Source of the DNA: Takakia lepidozioides | Taxonomy: Eukaryota; Plantae; Bryophyta | NCBI GenBank assembly: GCA_030704615.1 | Contig: CM060732.1 | Location: 36,084,001-36,148,000, forward strand | Reading direction: 5' to 3' | DNA: 64,000 nt | Shown: piece by piece, positions 63,901 through 64,000 of the stretch | Position numbering within the stretch: the first letter of the stretch is position 1 | How the letters are laid out: each line of letters starts with the position of its first letter | Translations under genes and position numbers: made by a program | Notes under the pieces: generated by a model | Database searches by the model: none | Told to the model about the DNA's origin: nothing | Seen by the model: the letters and a program-made list of their open reading frames with translations, nothing else

Positions 63901-64000
63901 CACAGGCATACACACAGTAGTCTGAGCTAAAGCCATTTCCTGAGATTGGCATGACGGATGTGAAGCTGTCTCATTGATTAAACAGCCAGAGGGAGGCAGC

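Overview
Eukaryotic land-plant genomic DNA, probably a bryophyte or other non-seed plant (inferred from gene style and repeat families). Host genes: 3' end of a UXT-type nucleotide-sugar transporter, an R2R3-MYB, HEN1, an FLK-type 3xKH protein, a TTP/ZFP36-like tandem CCCH protein, and the 3' half of a CLF-type E(z). Roughly 4-30 kb and 34-41 kb are nested transposable elements. The main feature is a 10.2 kb Mutator-like element (6575-16787) with ~310-360 bp TIRs and a degenerate 9-bp TSD. It encodes three genes: a SWIM/MULE transposase of the family known in angiosperms as host genes (At1g60560/At4g13970-like), a Ulp1-like protease and an unknown zinc-finger protein. It is also densely seeded with a short CRGACTG motif, an architecture resembling the VANDAL/VANC anti-silencing system. 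It sits inside a TTAA-flanked piggyBac-like element that also holds a second piggyBac-like element. Next come an internally inverted Ty3/gypsy element with a very long Gag and an extra 3' ORF, a solo TIR of a sister MULE, a Helitron, an OSB-like pseudogene fragment, a Copia remnant and a TTTAGGG-rich tandem array. All homology calls come from motif recognition by eye, not from database searches.
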